DNA from: a virus
Taxonomy: Duplodnaviria > Caudoviricetes
Direction: 5' to 3' (one strand)
Length of the DNA stretch: 62,291 bases
Virus record (IMG/VR): IMGVR_UViG_3300036823_000041
Location: 1-62,291 of that record
The notes beneath the pieces were generated by a model. That model saw only the letters and a program-made list of their open reading frames with translations. It did not search any database and was not told the origin of the DNA. Both the position numbers and the translations under genes were made by a program. Positions 42,690-52,432 of the stretch are shown here, in pieces. Numbering within the stretch: position 1 is the stretch's first letter; every line of letters begins with the position of its first letter.

Positions 42690-43045
42690 GCGATGCCGCG
42701 GCCGTGGCGGCCATCCCGAAAGGGCTTATCCCCTACTTCTCGGCCCGCTGGCTCTGCATGCAATGCGGCAAATACCTGGCCGGCTATCGCAACCCGCCGC
42801 CACAAGTAGTGAAATGCCATCACTGCGGGCAGCCGGCCATGCTCGACGCGATGTGTCTCGGATACACCGGACGCAAGCTGCCATTCTTCGATAAGCCGCC
42901 ACACGGCAACTTCTTCGGAAAGATCGACCAGCCCTACTGGCAGCAGCAACCCGTGCGGCGCATCCATCGCAAAGGGTATAAGCGCAAAGCTGGTGAAAAA
43001 GACAAGCTAAATGGGTATCATCGCGAAAAGCAGGACGACGATTAG
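42686..43045 (+). CDS. Zn-ribbon protein
   Basis: CMQCG...CHHCG. Confidence 0.55.
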   Translation: MSDAAAVAAIPKGLIPYFSARWLCMQCGKYLAGYRNPPPQVVKCHHCGQPAMLDAMCLGYTGRKLPFFDKPPHGNFFGKIDQPYWQQQPVRRIHRKGYKRKAGEKDKLNGYHREKQDDD

Positions 43046-43068
43046 TAAACCCCCAGGAGGCACCACCG

Positions 43069-43275
43069 ATGGACCTACAGCACATTTTTAGCTACCACGC
43101 ACCGCAGGGCGACCAGCTCGAGCGGTATAACCGCATCCGCACCGCGGCGCTCGTATTCGCGCAGGCAATCGTCGACGACACGCCGGCAGGCGCCGACCAG
43201 ACTGCGGCCGTCCGTAAGATCCGGGAAGCCTCGATGACCGCGAATGCTGCGATCGCGCTGGACGGGCGCCTGTGA
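43069..43275 (+). CDS. Acb2/Tad1-like helical-hairpin protein (candidate signalling-nucleotide sponge)
   Basis: FSYHAP...QLERYNRIR...A..I...P...DQTAAVRKIREASMTANAAIA. Family recalled from the motif; GGAGGCACC SD. Confidence 0.6.
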   Translation: MDLQHIFSYHAPQGDQLERYNRIRTAALVFAQAIVDDTPAGADQTAAVRKIREASMTANAAIALDGRL

Positions 43276-43457
43276 TTGCCGACCCGTCAAACCGCGAAGA
43301 GCTGGAAAACCTGCACTTAAAGGCGCTGGCCGAGGAGCAAAGGGCTCGCTCGCGCATGTGGGACGCGATCGCGCTCGGCGTGACCGCTCTCGTGGATCTC
43401 GCGAAGAAGGCATTCGCCGACGAGGCAGAGCGCCGGAAGATTCGAGGTGGCCGATGA
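43272..43457 (+). CDS. hypothetical protein
   Basis: 61 aa, coupled overlaps. Confidence 0.5.
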   Translation: MIADPSNREELENLHLKALAEEQRARSRMWDAIALGVTALVDLAKKAFADEAERRKIRGGR

Positions 43458-43771
43458 AGTTTGGAGGATTGCGCAGAGCGCGCGAATCGCAGGTAAAGCG
43501 CCGCGGCGACGGCTCGGTCATCGGCCAGGACGACGGTCGACCGCCAGGCATGACCGGCCGGCAGTGGAAGCGGCTGCGGAAGGCCGAGCACGCCTTGCGC
43601 CTACTTCCATTGGGCGGACACCCCAACATCGACGCGGCGCGAATCGAGTGCAGAAAGCGCATCGACGGCGCGCACCGTCTCGCCGAACTTCGCGCATTAA
43701 CGCCCGGCGTTAAGTTCCGCCCGAGCCGGCCGCCGTGGAAGCGATTCAAAGCTGCAGAGGCGCAGGGATGA
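43454..43771 (+). CDS. basic hypothetical protein
   Basis: GAGGT SD, ATGA overlaps. Confidence 0.5.
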   Translation: MKFGGLRRARESQVKRRGDGSVIGQDDGRPPGMTGRQWKRLRKAEHALRLLPLGGHPNIDAARIECRKRIDGAHRLAELRALTPGVKFRPSRPPWKRFKAAEAQG

Positions 43772-44115
43772 CCTGCGCCATCGGCCTTCTACTGCTTCTC
43801 TTCGCCGGGCACGCGCTCTGCGACTACCCGCTGCAAGGCGACTTTCTATCCCGCGGCAAGAACCATAAGACGCCCATCCCCGGCGTGCCCTGGTATCAGT
43901 GCCTCGGCGCGCACGCGCTGATTCATGCCGGCGCGGTCCTGCTCATCACGCACAACGTCTGGCTCGCGCTCGCCGAGCTGGTGATTCACGCCGCAGTCGA
44001 CTACGCGAAATGCGATGGCCGGCTCACCTTCAACCAGGACCAGGCCATCCACTACATCTGCAAAGTGCTGTATTGGCTGATCCTCACATCGCATACCATG
44101 AGGCTTCCATCATGA
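43768..44115 (+). CDS. DUF3307-like membrane protein
   Basis: HALCDYPLQ...HALIH...IHAAVDYAK...DQAIH motifs in hydrophobic helices. Confidence 0.8.
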   Translation: MTCAIGLLLLLFAGHALCDYPLQGDFLSRGKNHKTPIPGVPWYQCLGAHALIHAGAVLLITHNVWLALAELVIHAAVDYAKCDGRLTFNQDQAIHYICKVLYWLILTSHTMRLPS

Positions 44116-44405
44116 GCACAGCATTTCAAGCACCCGCGCCCGGCAGGGCCATAGGCTCAGGGAATCAGGCGTCGCGACCAGGCGACAGCGAAACACTCGT
44201 CGGAGTACTAGCCAACTGCGAAGACATTTTCTCCGAAGCCTCACGCAGTCTGGACCAGGTCTGCGGCGCAATCCTCGGCGCGGCACCGGAGCCTAGCGAG
44301 GCGACGGTCACCGGCGACCATGCGATGGATCGCGCCCTGCGGCTGCGCGCAAGGCTGAATATCATGTCGCAGATCTTGGCGCAGCTCTCCTCCCGAACGT
44401 CGTGA
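44112..44405 (+). CDS. hypothetical protein
   Basis: ATGA overlap, helical. Confidence 0.55.
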   Translation: MSTAFQAPAPGRAIGSGNQASRPGDSETLVGVLANCEDIFSEASRSLDQVCGAILGAAPEPSEATVTGDHAMDRALRLRARLNIMSQILAQLSSRTS

Positions 44406-44417
44406 TAACTTAGCAGT

Positions 44418-44492
44418 CAGCGCCCACGGCTTTCAGCCAATAGGTGCCTCCGACCGGAGCCCTGACCCGCCCGCAAGGGCGCTCAGGGCTTT
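44418..44492 (+). ncRNA. candidate small RNA carrying anti-RBS seed GGUGCCUCCG
   Basis: Intergenic. TGnTAACTT extended -10 at 44403-44411, seed at 44443-44452, strong 3' hairpin 44459-44490 followed by TT. Confidence 0.3.
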
Positions 44493-44511
44493 GGTGTATA
44501 ACGGGACCGAA

Positions 44512-44757
44512 ATGTCCATCCCCACCACCCGCCGCGTCCCCTATCTGTTCGCCATCGCCCTACGCCGGCGCTGCACCGCGTTCGCGGTCTTCTATCCGCG
44601 CATCTATGACAATGCGCTCGGGGAGTCGGACGAGCGGCGTCACGTCCTGCCAGTCGAGGATCTCGCCCGGCGCAACGCCAACCAGCAGATGGAGAAAGTC
44701 GAGCGCGACGCGCAGATCCTTGCATGCGCCGGCCTTCACCATGTCGCCATGCTGTAA
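44512..44757 (+). CDS. hypothetical protein, possibly leaderless
   Basis: TATAAC lies 9 nt before ATG 44512; no SD. Confidence 0.5.
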   Translation: MSIPTTRRVPYLFAIALRRRCTAFAVFYPRIYDNALGESDERRHVLPVEDLARRNANQQMEKVERDAQILACAGLHHVAML

Positions 44758-44768
44758 AGGGGGGATAC

Positions 44769-44945
44769 ATGCCGCTCATCGTGTTGATTCTGCTCATCCT
44801 GATTCTGGTCGGAGGGATCGGATACCCGTTTTTCGCGCCGCTCCACCACGCCGCATACGGCTACGGCGGCCAGGGTATTTTCCTGGTCCTGCTGGTCGCT
44901 CTGCTGCTTTATTACTTCGCCGGACCCTGGACGCGGCGGCTATAA
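44769..44945 (+). CDS. DUF3309-like two-helix membrane microprotein
   Basis: LIVLILLILILVGGIGY...YGYGGQGIFLVLLVALLLYYFAG; AAGGGGGG SD. Confidence 0.65.
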   Translation: MPLIVLILLILILVGGIGYPFFAPLHHAAYGYGGQGIFLVLLVALLLYYFAGPWTRRL

Positions 44946-44981
44946 TTCGCAGCAACCCACATTGCGTGGGCAGATGTCGGC

Positions 44982-45011
44982 GGCGAAGCCTTTACGGGCT
45001 TCGCCCTTTTT
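44982..45011 (+). terminator. intrinsic terminator ending the early/middle arm
   Basis: GGCGAAGCC/GGCTTCGCC stem followed by CTTTTT. Confidence 0.8.
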
Positions 45012-45023
45012 CGTGGGTCGCGC

Positions 45024-45036
45024 TTTTGGTATGAGT
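45024..45036 (+). promoter_or_regulatory. putative late promoter motif (copy 2)
   Basis: TTTTGGTATGAGT directly after a terminator and 16 nt before ATG 45053. Confidence 0.7.
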
Positions 45037-45052
45037 TCCCGCGGCGGAACCC

Positions 45053-47287
45053 ATGACCCATCGAATCCTGCGACTTGCCGGCCTGCTCCTCGTCCTCATC
45101 GCTTCCGCGCAGCTCGCGCTCGCGCAGTCGAAGATCCCGCTCATCGGCCACTTCGGCGGCGTCGGCCCGAATCCCGGCAACCCCACCACCTACCAGGTGA
45201 AGTTTGACCTCGCCTACTGCGGCTCGAATATCCCCCGGATCTTCGGCGTGCTTACCCCGTCGGCGACGACCGCGACCTATACCGCGGATTCGACCGGGCT
45301 CATCTCGAGCACCATCTGGCCGAATGACGACATAACCTGCGGGAGCACGATCGGCGGCACGCGCTACAACGTGACGTATCTGGTCAACGGCTCGGCCATC
45401 GGCCCGGTGACCTGCTACCAGGTGCTCTCGACGGTCGGCACCTTCAACCTCGACGCGGCGATTCCCTGCGCGGTGACGCCACCCCCGCCGCCGCCCCCGC
45501 CGCCCTACGTCGACGCAGAATTTCGCAACATGACGCTCTCGGGCGACCTGTTCGCCAACAACGGGACGTTTTACGGCCAGCTCAATGGAATTTTCTATTC
45601 GCATCCCGGCGACACCATCGCCTCGATCGAGGCCGAATGCGCGAACGCCTGCACCTACGTGGTGACCATGCCGCAGACCTTCACCCTTTCCGGCGACCAT
45701 ACCCTCGCCGCGAACGTGAACCTCGACTTCGAATCCTTCGGAAGCTGGACCATCTCGGGCGGCACGCTCACCATCCCCGCAATGGTTCGAGGGACGATGG
45801 CGAAGCACTTCTCCGGCTCTTTCAAGATGGGCATGATGCAGGCGCGGCTGCCCTTTGAGTGGTTTGGCGCGGTCGGGGACTGGAACGGAACGACCGGGAC
45901 CGATAACACCGCGTTCATGCAGGCCTGCCTCAATGCGCTTTATGCCGGCCAGTGCGTCATGCAGGCGAAGACCTACCGCACGACCGCGCCGCTTACGATC
46001 ACTCGATCCTCGATCGGCATCACCGGCACCGGGACAACGTTCGCCTTCCACTCTGTTTTCCCGAATGGCGTCCCGCCGGGCTCTACCATCATGACGACCT
46101 CGGCCTCGGCCGACCAGATCGACGTCTCGGGCGTGAGCGGCTCGAATGCCATCGCCTTCGGCGAGTTCGATCATTTCAACCTCGCGCGCAACCAGGCGCC
46201 GAGCGGCGCGGCGGCCGGCATTGCGCAAAACTACACCTTCTCGATGAGCCTTCACGACCTCACGCTCGAAGACGACATCTACGGCTTCTATCTCCACGGG
46301 GTCGGCGCTTCTTCAAGCGGTCGCCTTGAAAATCTCTCTGTTCTCTTCGGCCAGCGCGGATTCACCGAGGGCGCCGGAAATTATTACGGGTTTTTCATCG
46401 ACTCCTCGGATGGCAAGGCGAGCCCGTCTCTGCGCATCCGCTACACGGACGTGGATGCCTCGGCGGTGACCGGCGGCGCTGCCGTGGTCTACGGCCTGGC
46501 GACCATCGGAACCGCCATCAATGACCTGATGGCGTGGAATTTTGAGACGGCCTCCTGCACCTACGGGGAATGGATTCAGCAGACCGGGCCAGGTTCGGCC
46601 ATCGCGAGCTCGGATATTCACTTTTACGGAGCTATCAACGACGGATGCGTGAATAGTTGCGTGGTCATCCAGGGGACCACCCTCACGGGCGGCGCCGGCG
46701 TCGAGTACCAGGGCGGATACAACACCTTTGCCGTGGGCACATCGCCGGTCTTCGATATTTTGAATGCGGTCAACGTCCGCATCTCCAGCGTCCAGATCGG
46801 CATCGCGCTGAATACCCTGGCGTCGGCGGCCATCGCCGCGCAGAACTCCTCGAACATCACCCTCACGGCGAACCAGATTCAGGGCATCCGCAACGTCGGC
46901 ATCCTGTTCAACGGGGTGACGCAGGCCTCGATCACCGCGAACATACTCACCGGCAACGGGTCTGCCAACGGCCTCATTCTGCTGCAGAACGGGACCACCA
47001 ACGTTGCCGTCAACAGCAACACCCTGAGCACCCTGAGCGGCACCGGCCTGAGCATCTTCGAGGACAACACCAGTCACGGAAACCGCGGTTTTGAAACGAA
47101 TACCATCGCGTCGACCCTCACCGCGCCATCCCTGCTCGGATCGACCTCCATCCAGATCATGACGACCGCGCCGAGCGGCACCTGTGTCGCCGGCTCGTAT
47201 GTGATCAACACCTCCACAACCGCGGGCACGTACACCAGCTACAACTGCAAGGGCACCGCCTGGGTAGGGAACGGAACGCCGTACTAA
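45053..47287 (+). CDS. tailspike-like right-handed beta-helix protein with Sec-type signal peptide
   Basis: MTHRILRLAGLLLVLIASAQLALA-Q; poly-Pro linker; EWFGAVGD...TDNTAFMQACLN beta-helix cap motif; Asn-ladder repeats. Confidence 0.8.
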   Translation: MTHRILRLAGLLLVLIASAQLALAQSKIPLIGHFGGVGPNPGNPTTYQVKFDLAYCGSNIPRIFGVLTPSATTATYTADSTGLISSTIWPNDDITCGSTIGGTRYNVTYLVNGSAIGPVTCYQVLSTVGTFNLDAAIPCAVTPPPPPPPPPYVDAEFRNMTLSGDLFANNGTFYGQLNGIFYSHPGDTIASIEAECANACTYVVTMPQTFTLSGDHTLAANVNLDFESFGSWTISGGTLTIPAMVRGTMAKHFSGSFKMGMMQARLPFEWFGAVGDWNGTTGTDNTAFMQACLNALYAGQCVMQAKTYRTTAPLTITRSSIGITGTGTTFAFHSVFPNGVPPGSTIMTTSASADQIDVSGVSGSNAIAFGEFDHFNLARNQAPSGAAAGIAQNYTFSMSLHDLTLEDDIYGFYLHGVGASSSGRLENLSVLFGQRGFTEGAGNYYGFFIDSSDGKASPSLRIRYTDVDASAVTGGAAVVYGLATIGTAINDLMAWNFETASCTYGEWIQQTGPGSAIASSDIHFYGAINDGCVNSCVVIQGTTLTGGAGVEYQGGYNTFAVGTSPVFDILNAVNVRISSVQIGIALNTLASAAIAAQNSSNITLTANQIQGIRNVGILFNGVTQASITANILTGNGSANGLILLQNGTTNVAVNSNTLSTLSGTGLSIFEDNTSHGNRGFETNTIASTLTAPSLLGSTSIQIMTTAPSGTCVAGSYVINTSTTAGTYTSYNCKGTAWVGNGTPY

Positions 47288-47304
47288 AAAAACGAAGGAG
47301 CTCC

Positions 47305-50300
47305 ATGCGTCTGAAGATTCTTGCTCTCGTCGCCCTGCTGGTCGCCGTACCGCTTGCCGCCTCGGCGCAATATCAGGGATGCCGGCAGATGTTCCCCGGC
47401 GTGAGTGTCGACCAGGCCTGCATCCAGCTATCGGCAAATATGCTGCTCGGCCCGAACGGCCTGCCGCTTACCGCCGGCAAAGTGGTCCTGACCGTGACCG
47501 ACGCGAGCGGCACTCCCATCAGCTACACCCCGCAGGGCGGCACGAGCTCGAGCGGCGTCTTCACCGCGCAGGTCGTCGACGGTGCCATCCAGAATATCGG
47601 CGGCTATCCCTACACCATCGTCAACTCGCTTACGAGCTCGCCGGCGAACCCGAACCTGTATTTCCATTACCAGCTCGAGTCGACCGACGGCTCGCAGGTT
47701 TATCTCGACGCGCCGCTCCTGAATATCTTCTCCTCGACCGGCGGCTACGCTCTCGATGCCTACGCTGCCGGCGCCGGCACTTCGATCAGCGGATTGCAGC
47801 CGCCGCGCGTGCTCTGCGCGCCGTCGGCGAAGTACACCCAGACCGACGCACCCGCGGGCGCGAAACCCTGGATCTGCTCGCATCTCTGGCGCACTGACAA
47901 CTCGAACCAGTGGACCCAGAACCCGTCGGCAAACACGCAATGCCCCTACGGACAGGCGGTCGTCTCTCCGCGCGTCGGGAACGCCTATTGCATCCAGCCG
48001 GAGAACGCCTTCGCGCTTCCTGGCGAGGGATTCCAGAATCAGGCAAACGTGCCTGGCCCGATTAGCATCGAGCCCATTAACGGCTCGGGCGGCGGCTCGG
48101 CGTTGCCGCTCGGCATCCCGCAGCAGGACAGCCTCGGGCCGCCGGAACCCCCGGCACGTACCGCGGGCGCGCTCGATCTGATCGCAACCGGAACCACCTT
48201 GCACCCGCAGTGGATGAGCTTTACGCCGGCGATCATCACCCAGACCCTGATCGACACCAAGTTCAACGAGGGCTCGGCCGGCGCTCCAGTCATCGGCACC
48301 GCGCCTGCGATCAATGTGCCTGGCAATAGCTGGATCGGCGTCGGCGGCACCTTCGCGAGCGCGCCGGCGTTTGTCTCGGGCGGCGGCATGGCATGGACCT
48401 CGGCCGGCTCGCAGCTCATGCTGATAAATATCGGCAGCTACGGCGGCGACGTCACCTACAAGAATCTGGTAAACCCGGCCTTCGGCTTCACTCTCATCGG
48501 GTTGTCGGACGCTACCGGCGCCAACCAGGTGCAGATGCAGCTCGTCGGCACAAGCCTGCAAATCAGCAAGGTCGTCGCGAACATCTTCACCAATATCGGC
48601 AACCTCACCGTCGCGCCGACCGGAACCGATACCTGGGATTTCATCGTCTCCGGGCAGACCATGTCGGTGAAGCTCAACGGCGCGAGCGTGGGATCGGTAA
48701 CGCTGCCCTCGGGCACCCCTATCACCACGAACCAGTACTGGGGCGTGGGATTCGGCGCGCCGAACCCGGTGCTCGGCGAGTTCATCTACACCGGCACGAC
48801 GACGGTGACGAATCCGATTCCCGCGGTCGGAACCTTCTGCCTCCTCGGCGGCAACGGGAAATGCGGCCCGCTGGTCCCGAATCAGGGCATGGCGCCGCGC
48901 ACCGACGGCTACGTCTCGAGCGTTCCCGAGATCGGCTATTCGACCAACAGCGACGGCACCTCGAGCATCGCCTGGCGCGAGGATCGCAACAGCGGTCAAT
49001 TCGACGTGCGGCGCCCGCGCAACGGAGTGACCTGGGCGAGCGACCCGAATACGGCCTTCGCGAATACCGTGAACGATGCCGTCTGCACGACGATCGCGAC
49101 GCATATCCTGCCGACGGTCAATCTGCCGGCGGGAATCTTTCACGTCACGAATCTGCAGGCGCCTCCGACCCTGACCATCAACGGCGTCAACACGCAGCCG
49201 AACCAGCAGGGGACCACCCTGTTCAATACCAATGCGGCCAACGCGGTCATGGTCGGCGTCCCGAGTTACACGACGAGCTGCAATGGCGTCACGACCACCT
49301 TTGCCGGCATCGGCACCGTCATCCGGTACATAGATTTCGAAGGCCTGGGCGCGACGGCCGCGACCGACATCGGCCTGACGGTGACTCAGTCGACCGGCAA
49401 AGTGGAGTACGACTCCTTTAACAACTTCGGCGGTCCCGGCTTCCGCGTCACCGGCATCAACAACGCCGGCGACCATCTTTTCCTAAATGGCGATCTGGCC
49501 TGGTATTACAATTCGCCCTCCTACAATCCCTCCGGCTTCACCGATACGGCCTATCATGCCGCCGCCGAGCTCGGCAGCCAGGACGGCCAGTATCACGACA
49601 TCTTCCAGACGGGATGGCAGCCCTCTGCCTTTGTCGCGGGCCAGGGCTACTACAACCGCTGGTATCTCTGCGGCGTGCTGCTCGAGGGTTCGCCGAGCTA
49701 TCCCTTCACGAACAGCTTTGTCCAGGTAAACGCCAACGATCTGTGCCTCGGCCAGCAGGGCATCGGCGGCTACATCGTGACGAACAACCGCTTCGACCTG
49801 GCCCATTTCAATTCCGTGCGACTGCCTACGGGTCCGGCGCCGCAGCAGGCCATCGTCCGCAACAACGAGATGACGACCGCCTGCACCTCGCCGACGCTGA
49901 ACCCGGCGAACTTCCCGAGCGATCCCGGCGGCGTCTCGCCTGATCCAAACTGCGCCAACATCCGCGTCGAAGAGGCGTATCTCACCTCGCAAATCGGGCC
50001 GAATGAATACACCGGATCGTTTGTGCCGTCATGGCCGGTGGGCGCCGTGTTCTTCGAGCAGAACGTCTCAGGCCAGCTACCGGGCCGCGCAGATGAGCCA
50101 GGGCAGACCGTCATCGGGCAGACTGGCGGCGACCCGGTCGACGGCAATCAAGGCGTGGACGTCTCGCAGAGCATGGTCGGCGAAACCAGGGTGACCTTCG
50201 GACCCGGAGCGCCGGTCATTCCGATGAATCAATACCGCTCGATTCATCTGTCGAGCAGCACGGCGACGAGCTGGACCTCGGCATCGGTCGAGTATCTGGA

Positions 50301-51291
50301 CACCATCCGCTATATCGACGTAGGGCCAAACGACACCATCGTGAACGGCAACAACCTGGCGCTTTGCGGCGGTCTGAACATCACCGGCGACACGTCGCAC
50401 GTCCTGCACGAGTTTTACTTCTGGCGCGGCAACCTGGTCGAGTTTGGCTGCGGCGGCTCCGGCACCGGCGTGCTCTATCCGAGCGCCACGCAGAATGCCC
50501 TGCCGCGCGCAAATATCGTCGGCGGCGTGACCTCGCTTGAGGATTCAGCATTTGGGGACGACGGTTTCAACTCCTCGACGAGCGAGCCCTTCTACAGCCC
50601 ATCGAGCTACGAGCGCGCCACGGGAACCGCGACCTCGTCGCAAAACTACGTTTCTGGAGTTACGAATTACATCGTCAGTTATTGGGACACGTCGACCGCA
50701 GCCGCGGTCGGCGTCGCCTGGAGCGTCTACGGATGGGTGGCGCAGGGCGCATCGCCGCCGGCGACCGTGCTCACCTACTACTGCCCGACCGGCCTGCCGA
50801 GCTGCGCGGTGCTTTATGCGATCGACCCGGCGCTGCTTGCGACGAGCTCCCAGAACTACGCTTCGCCGAAGCTCAAGGTACGCGGCGCATGCTGGAACGG
50901 CACCACCTCGGTGCTCGACGACTGGAACATCCAGGGCGTACCCGGCACCGGCGCAAACCCGAGCGAGACGCTGGTGTTCTCCCACTCAGGATGCGGAGGG
51001 GCTACGGTCACGCTCGAGATGCCTGGGCTCAAGGTCGACGGGCTCTCGGCGATCGGCTCGGGAGTCGCGACAAATTCAGACATCGACGGCGAGTTCGCGT
51101 TCTCGGCTGCGACGACCGCGACCTACACCTGGCAGAACTCCTACGTCTCACATCCTGAATGCGTCCCTGAGCCGCAATTCTCGACGACGGTTGCCCACTG
51201 GGTTACCTATACCGGCGTGACATCGTTCACCATCAACTTTGCTTCGGCCGTTACCGGCAACGTGGGTTATCTATGCTTGTCCAGAAACTAA
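47305..51291 (+). CDS. large multidomain spike/fibre-like protein (lectin-like plus beta-helix) with signal peptide
   Basis: 1328 aa, MRLKILALVALLVAVPLAASA-Q, VNLPAGIFHV beta-helix entry motif, many Cys. Confidence 0.7.
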   Translation: MRLKILALVALLVAVPLAASAQYQGCRQMFPGVSVDQACIQLSANMLLGPNGLPLTAGKVVLTVTDASGTPISYTPQGGTSSSGVFTAQVVDGAIQNIGGYPYTIVNSLTSSPANPNLYFHYQLESTDGSQVYLDAPLLNIFSSTGGYALDAYAAGAGTSISGLQPPRVLCAPSAKYTQTDAPAGAKPWICSHLWRTDNSNQWTQNPSANTQCPYGQAVVSPRVGNAYCIQPENAFALPGEGFQNQANVPGPISIEPINGSGGGSALPLGIPQQDSLGPPEPPARTAGALDLIATGTTLHPQWMSFTPAIITQTLIDTKFNEGSAGAPVIGTAPAINVPGNSWIGVGGTFASAPAFVSGGGMAWTSAGSQLMLINIGSYGGDVTYKNLVNPAFGFTLIGLSDATGANQVQMQLVGTSLQISKVVANIFTNIGNLTVAPTGTDTWDFIVSGQTMSVKLNGASVGSVTLPSGTPITTNQYWGVGFGAPNPVLGEFIYTGTTTVTNPIPAVGTFCLLGGNGKCGPLVPNQGMAPRTDGYVSSVPEIGYSTNSDGTSSIAWREDRNSGQFDVRRPRNGVTWASDPNTAFANTVNDAVCTTIATHILPTVNLPAGIFHVTNLQAPPTLTINGVNTQPNQQGTTLFNTNAANAVMVGVPSYTTSCNGVTTTFAGIGTVIRYIDFEGLGATAATDIGLTVTQSTGKVEYDSFNNFGGPGFRVTGINNAGDHLFLNGDLAWYYNSPSYNPSGFTDTAYHAAAELGSQDGQYHDIFQTGWQPSAFVAGQGYYNRWYLCGVLLEGSPSYPFTNSFVQVNANDLCLGQQGIGGYIVTNNRFDLAHFNSVRLPTGPAPQQAIVRNNEMTTACTSPTLNPANFPSDPGGVSPDPNCANIRVEEAYLTSQIGPNEYTGSFVPSWPVGAVFFEQNVSGQLPGRADEPGQTVIGQTGGDPVDGNQGVDVSQSMVGETRVTFGPGAPVIPMNQYRSIHLSSSTATSWTSASVEYLDTIRYIDVGPNDTIVNGNNLALCGGLNITGDTSHVLHEFYFWRGNLVEFGCGGSGTGVLYPSATQNALPRANIVGGVTSLEDSAFGDDGFNSSTSEPFYSPSSYERATGTATSSQNYVSGVTNYIVSYWDTSTAAAVGVAWSVYGWVAQGASPPATVLTYYCPTGLPSCAVLYAIDPALLATSSQNYASPKLKVRGACWNGTTSVLDDWNIQGVPGTGANPSETLVFSHSGCGGATVTLEMPGLKVDGLSAIGSGVATNSDIDGEFAFSAATTATYTWQNSYVSHPECVPEPQFSTTVAHWVTYTGVTSFTINFASAVTGNVGYLCLSRN

Positions 51292-52418
51292 TCCTGCTCG
51301 CGCTGCTCCTGATCCTGCCGCGATCGCTGATGCTCCAGAACGTCCAGGGCGCGAGCGGCGTGCGCGGCGTGGCGATCGGCAATCAGACCGGCGCAACCCC
51401 GCCAACTTCCGGGCTCATCTACTCGCCCGTCGCCGGCCACTACACCAGCGCGCAGAGCGTCGGCGTCACCTATAACCCGAGCTCGAGCGGCATCGCCGTC
51501 TTCTACACGCTCGACGGCTCGGCGCCATCCGCAGCCTCGGCGCGCTTTACCTCGAATCTTTCGATCTCGTCCAACACCACGATGAATACGTTGGCCGAGG
51601 CGATCGGCTCGGTGCGCCAGGAGACGCAGGCGACCGGCTCGCTCTGGAAAATCTGCACGCCGGTGGGCGGCGGTCCCGGCACGCCGACCTCGGTCAAATG
51701 CGGCGGCGTGGGATCGACGCAGCCCTCCGGCTGGACCGTGACCTATGGCGCGACGGAATCCATTTCCGTGTCCGCGACCTCCGGCGCGCCGCAGATCCTC
51801 ATCACGCTCGGCGGCTCCGGCTGCGACTCCTGCACCAACATCACGATGGACAAGTGGATTCAGCCACTCAATAATCCCAACCCGAACGTCGAGAACCACG
51901 AGCACGACGCCTGGCACAACAACGGCGCCGGCAACCGCCTCCATATGGGCGGCCTGCAGTGCAACCAGCAGACGGCCTTTCTGCAATGGCAGTACGACAA
52001 CGAGCAGGGCTCGTGGCAGAACCACGTGCCGGCGATCACCCAGGGATGCCCGCTCTCGACGACACTCTGGACGCACATCATCTGGAAATTGCACTGGTTG
52101 GGCGCAAGCGACGATGGCTGCGGCGACGGCCACTCTCCGAGCGTGCATGGCGGACTCGGCTGCACCTATTACGACTCGCTCTCGATCGGCACCGCGACCT
52201 CGCCGGCAGTCGGCGCCACCATGACCGCCTACGCCATCAACGCGACGCTCGAGAACGATAACCCTGGATGGGGCGGCGGCTGCGCCGACCAGGACCAGGT
52301 CGACCTGCGGCCGGGCGGAACCTTCCCGAAAACAGGCGGCGTCAAGGTCCAGCACAACAACGTGACATGCTCGACGGGCACAGTAGCAACGGCCTCGGCC
52401 GCGTACACGATTCCATAA
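51273..52418 (+). CDS. exported protein with chitobiase/Fn3-associated Ig-like domain and a beta-sandwich domain
   Basis: Hydrophobic N-terminus; SPVAGHYTSAQSV...FYTLDGSAPS...ISSNTTMNTLA; Cys-rich. Confidence 0.7.
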   Translation: MLVQKLILLALLLILPRSLMLQNVQGASGVRGVAIGNQTGATPPTSGLIYSPVAGHYTSAQSVGVTYNPSSSGIAVFYTLDGSAPSAASARFTSNLSISSNTTMNTLAEAIGSVRQETQATGSLWKICTPVGGGPGTPTSVKCGGVGSTQPSGWTVTYGATESISVSATSGAPQILITLGGSGCDSCTNITMDKWIQPLNNPNPNVENHEHDAWHNNGAGNRLHMGGLQCNQQTAFLQWQYDNEQGSWQNHVPAITQGCPLSTTLWTHIIWKLHWLGASDDGCGDGHSPSVHGGLGCTYYDSLSIGTATSPAVGATMTAYAINATLENDNPGWGGGCADQDQVDLRPGGTFPKTGGVKVQHNNVTCSTGTVATASAAYTIP

Positions 52419-52432
52419 GGAGAATCACGAAG

